A stretch of 64,000 nucleotides of DNA from Yuukianura sp. NJ FZ-2021 (taxonomy: Eukaryota). The notes beneath the pieces were generated by a model. It was given only the letters and a program-made list of their open reading frames with translations, was not told the origin of the DNA and did not search any database. Of this stretch, positions 62,501 to 64,000 are shown in pieces (position 1 is the first letter of the stretch; each line of letters starts with the position of its first letter). A program made the translations under genes and the position numbers. The stretch is taken from positions 558,001-622,000 of the forward strand of contig JAJCTO010000011.1 of assembly GCA_046563655.1 (NCBI GenBank), given 5' to 3'.

Positions 62501-64000
62501 GGTTGCTTGCTGTTGCTACTTGCTACGCTTTATTTTGTGCTTTTGAACATCTTAAGGTGAATGCTACTTTTTAACAATAGAAAAAGTTCTCCGAGTCGAG
62601 CTATGCTCAGGTTTGAACAAATCAGCGATCTGAAGTTGGAAAGTGAATATAAATAAAACAAAAATTAATTTCTGGAGATTTTCTCCAGAAATTTCTGGAG
62701 AGTGGATTCGATTCGATTGTACTTTGACTCCATTTCGTCAGTGGAGCTGGGATCTGTTGTGGTATACGTTGAGGCTGTGGAACAGTCGCTAAACTTCCGA
62801 CTTAGGTCGAATGTTCCAGAGGTGACTGTGATTGTGCTGGAGCGAACTCTTCTATTGTCCATCGAAGATCTCTTTCTGTGACCACAAATGTGGAAGAGCA
62901 TTCACAACTGGAAGCAGAAGAGCACATGCGCAAAGCGTCAACCGATTTCCAAACGACGGACAAAACTTGCTTCTCTGACTTCCTATCTCCAGCGCATCTT
63001 GTTCTGAAACAGGTGAAAATGCTAATAATGATTTTTTTTTAAATAAAAATTTACTATCATCTACGTAAGGAGAGATGTCTGTCCGGGGCTGGCTAAAGGT
63101 CGGATTTGTCTGACTCCTCTGATTTCTTTGAGTGGGTGCACGCAGACTGAGACTGAGTTGCTATTTCTGTCCTATTAGTTCAAGCGCCGCCGGTAGGCGG
63201 CGCCACGGATTGCCTAGTTTGATATAATGAGATGGATTTACCGCGCTGGCGCTCTAGGAGCAACGATAGCTTTTTGAATTTCCCCTTTAGCTGCCTGCAT
63301 GTGTTTGGCTTGCAAGTGAAAATGATGAAGATCCAGAGACCTGGCAAGGCATTTATGATGTCAAACGGAATGAAGGTGTCTTATAGCGGTTTATTTGAAC
63401 TGTAAACTTCCACAATCCAGCTGATGATCTCGAAAATTCATAATACGCCCGTTACAATGAAAATCTTCATGAAGAGCACAAACCTAAAAAAATCAAATCA
63501 GAATTGGTATCGAACTAATTACAAGTGCAGAATGTTGCTTGATACTGCAATTCCTGGTAGTATTTTGGTTGAAATTTTTCAAGTGTAGCGCGCGCTAGTA
63601 GGTCTGTTGAGCCTACTTCTAGTCGCCTCTCTGTGCAACAACCCCGCAGTCCCTGTGACCGAAACTGAGATTTCCTCTACAGGGGAATCTGCAGTTCAGG
63701 TCAACTCTTCTCTTCAGGAAGATTTGACCTGAGGTCAACAATGCTAGGTTCTCCTGTTGAGCCAACATCAACTGAGAAATGAAATGGTCGTGACAACAAC
63801 AGTGAACTAATGGAATAGACTTTTATTTAGGTGTTCACTTGTTGAAGGTTGGGAAGAGACTCCCGTACAGAAAATATGAAAAGAATAATTTTTGTGTAAC
63901 CTGTGCTAGAACATAAACTCCTACTCCTCTACCTATCCCTACCTACTCGGTTTAGGCCGGAGTTCCGAATCCGTCCGTCGTCGGTCCCTCTCAGCTTCAT

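Noticed and set aside
62600..64000. Coding-like fragments on the minus strand at the window end
   Set aside because: Frequent stops, no recognisable domain and no consistent exon chain.

Overview
Eukaryotic (arthropod-like, short GT-AG introns; a springtail-type hexapod is my inference) genomic window in three zones. (1) 1-26595: an uninterrupted tandem array of about 171 copies of a 155-bp satellite, with local higher-order duplications and internal dyads. (2) 26596-37757: a transposon-dense border. A divergent ionotropic-receptor-like gene is broken by a PIF/Harbinger element (itself cut off by the satellite) and by an intron-containing DD41D Tc1/mariner element (itself broken by a hAT MITE). 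Next come a secreted lipocalin-like gene with two degenerate paralogues and two nested CCC...GGG (CMC/EnSpm-like) elements. (3) 38533-64000: conserved genes mRpS11 (+), RalGDS-like (-), USP39 (-) and FAM20C (+), plus several MITEs and a third CMC-like element. Most interesting points: three divergent transposase-less CMC-like elements that each keep only a short spliced accessory gene; a possible transposase-derived origin of the satellite at its junction (tentative); and a candidate poison micro-exon in USP39. All calls were made by eye, without database searches.
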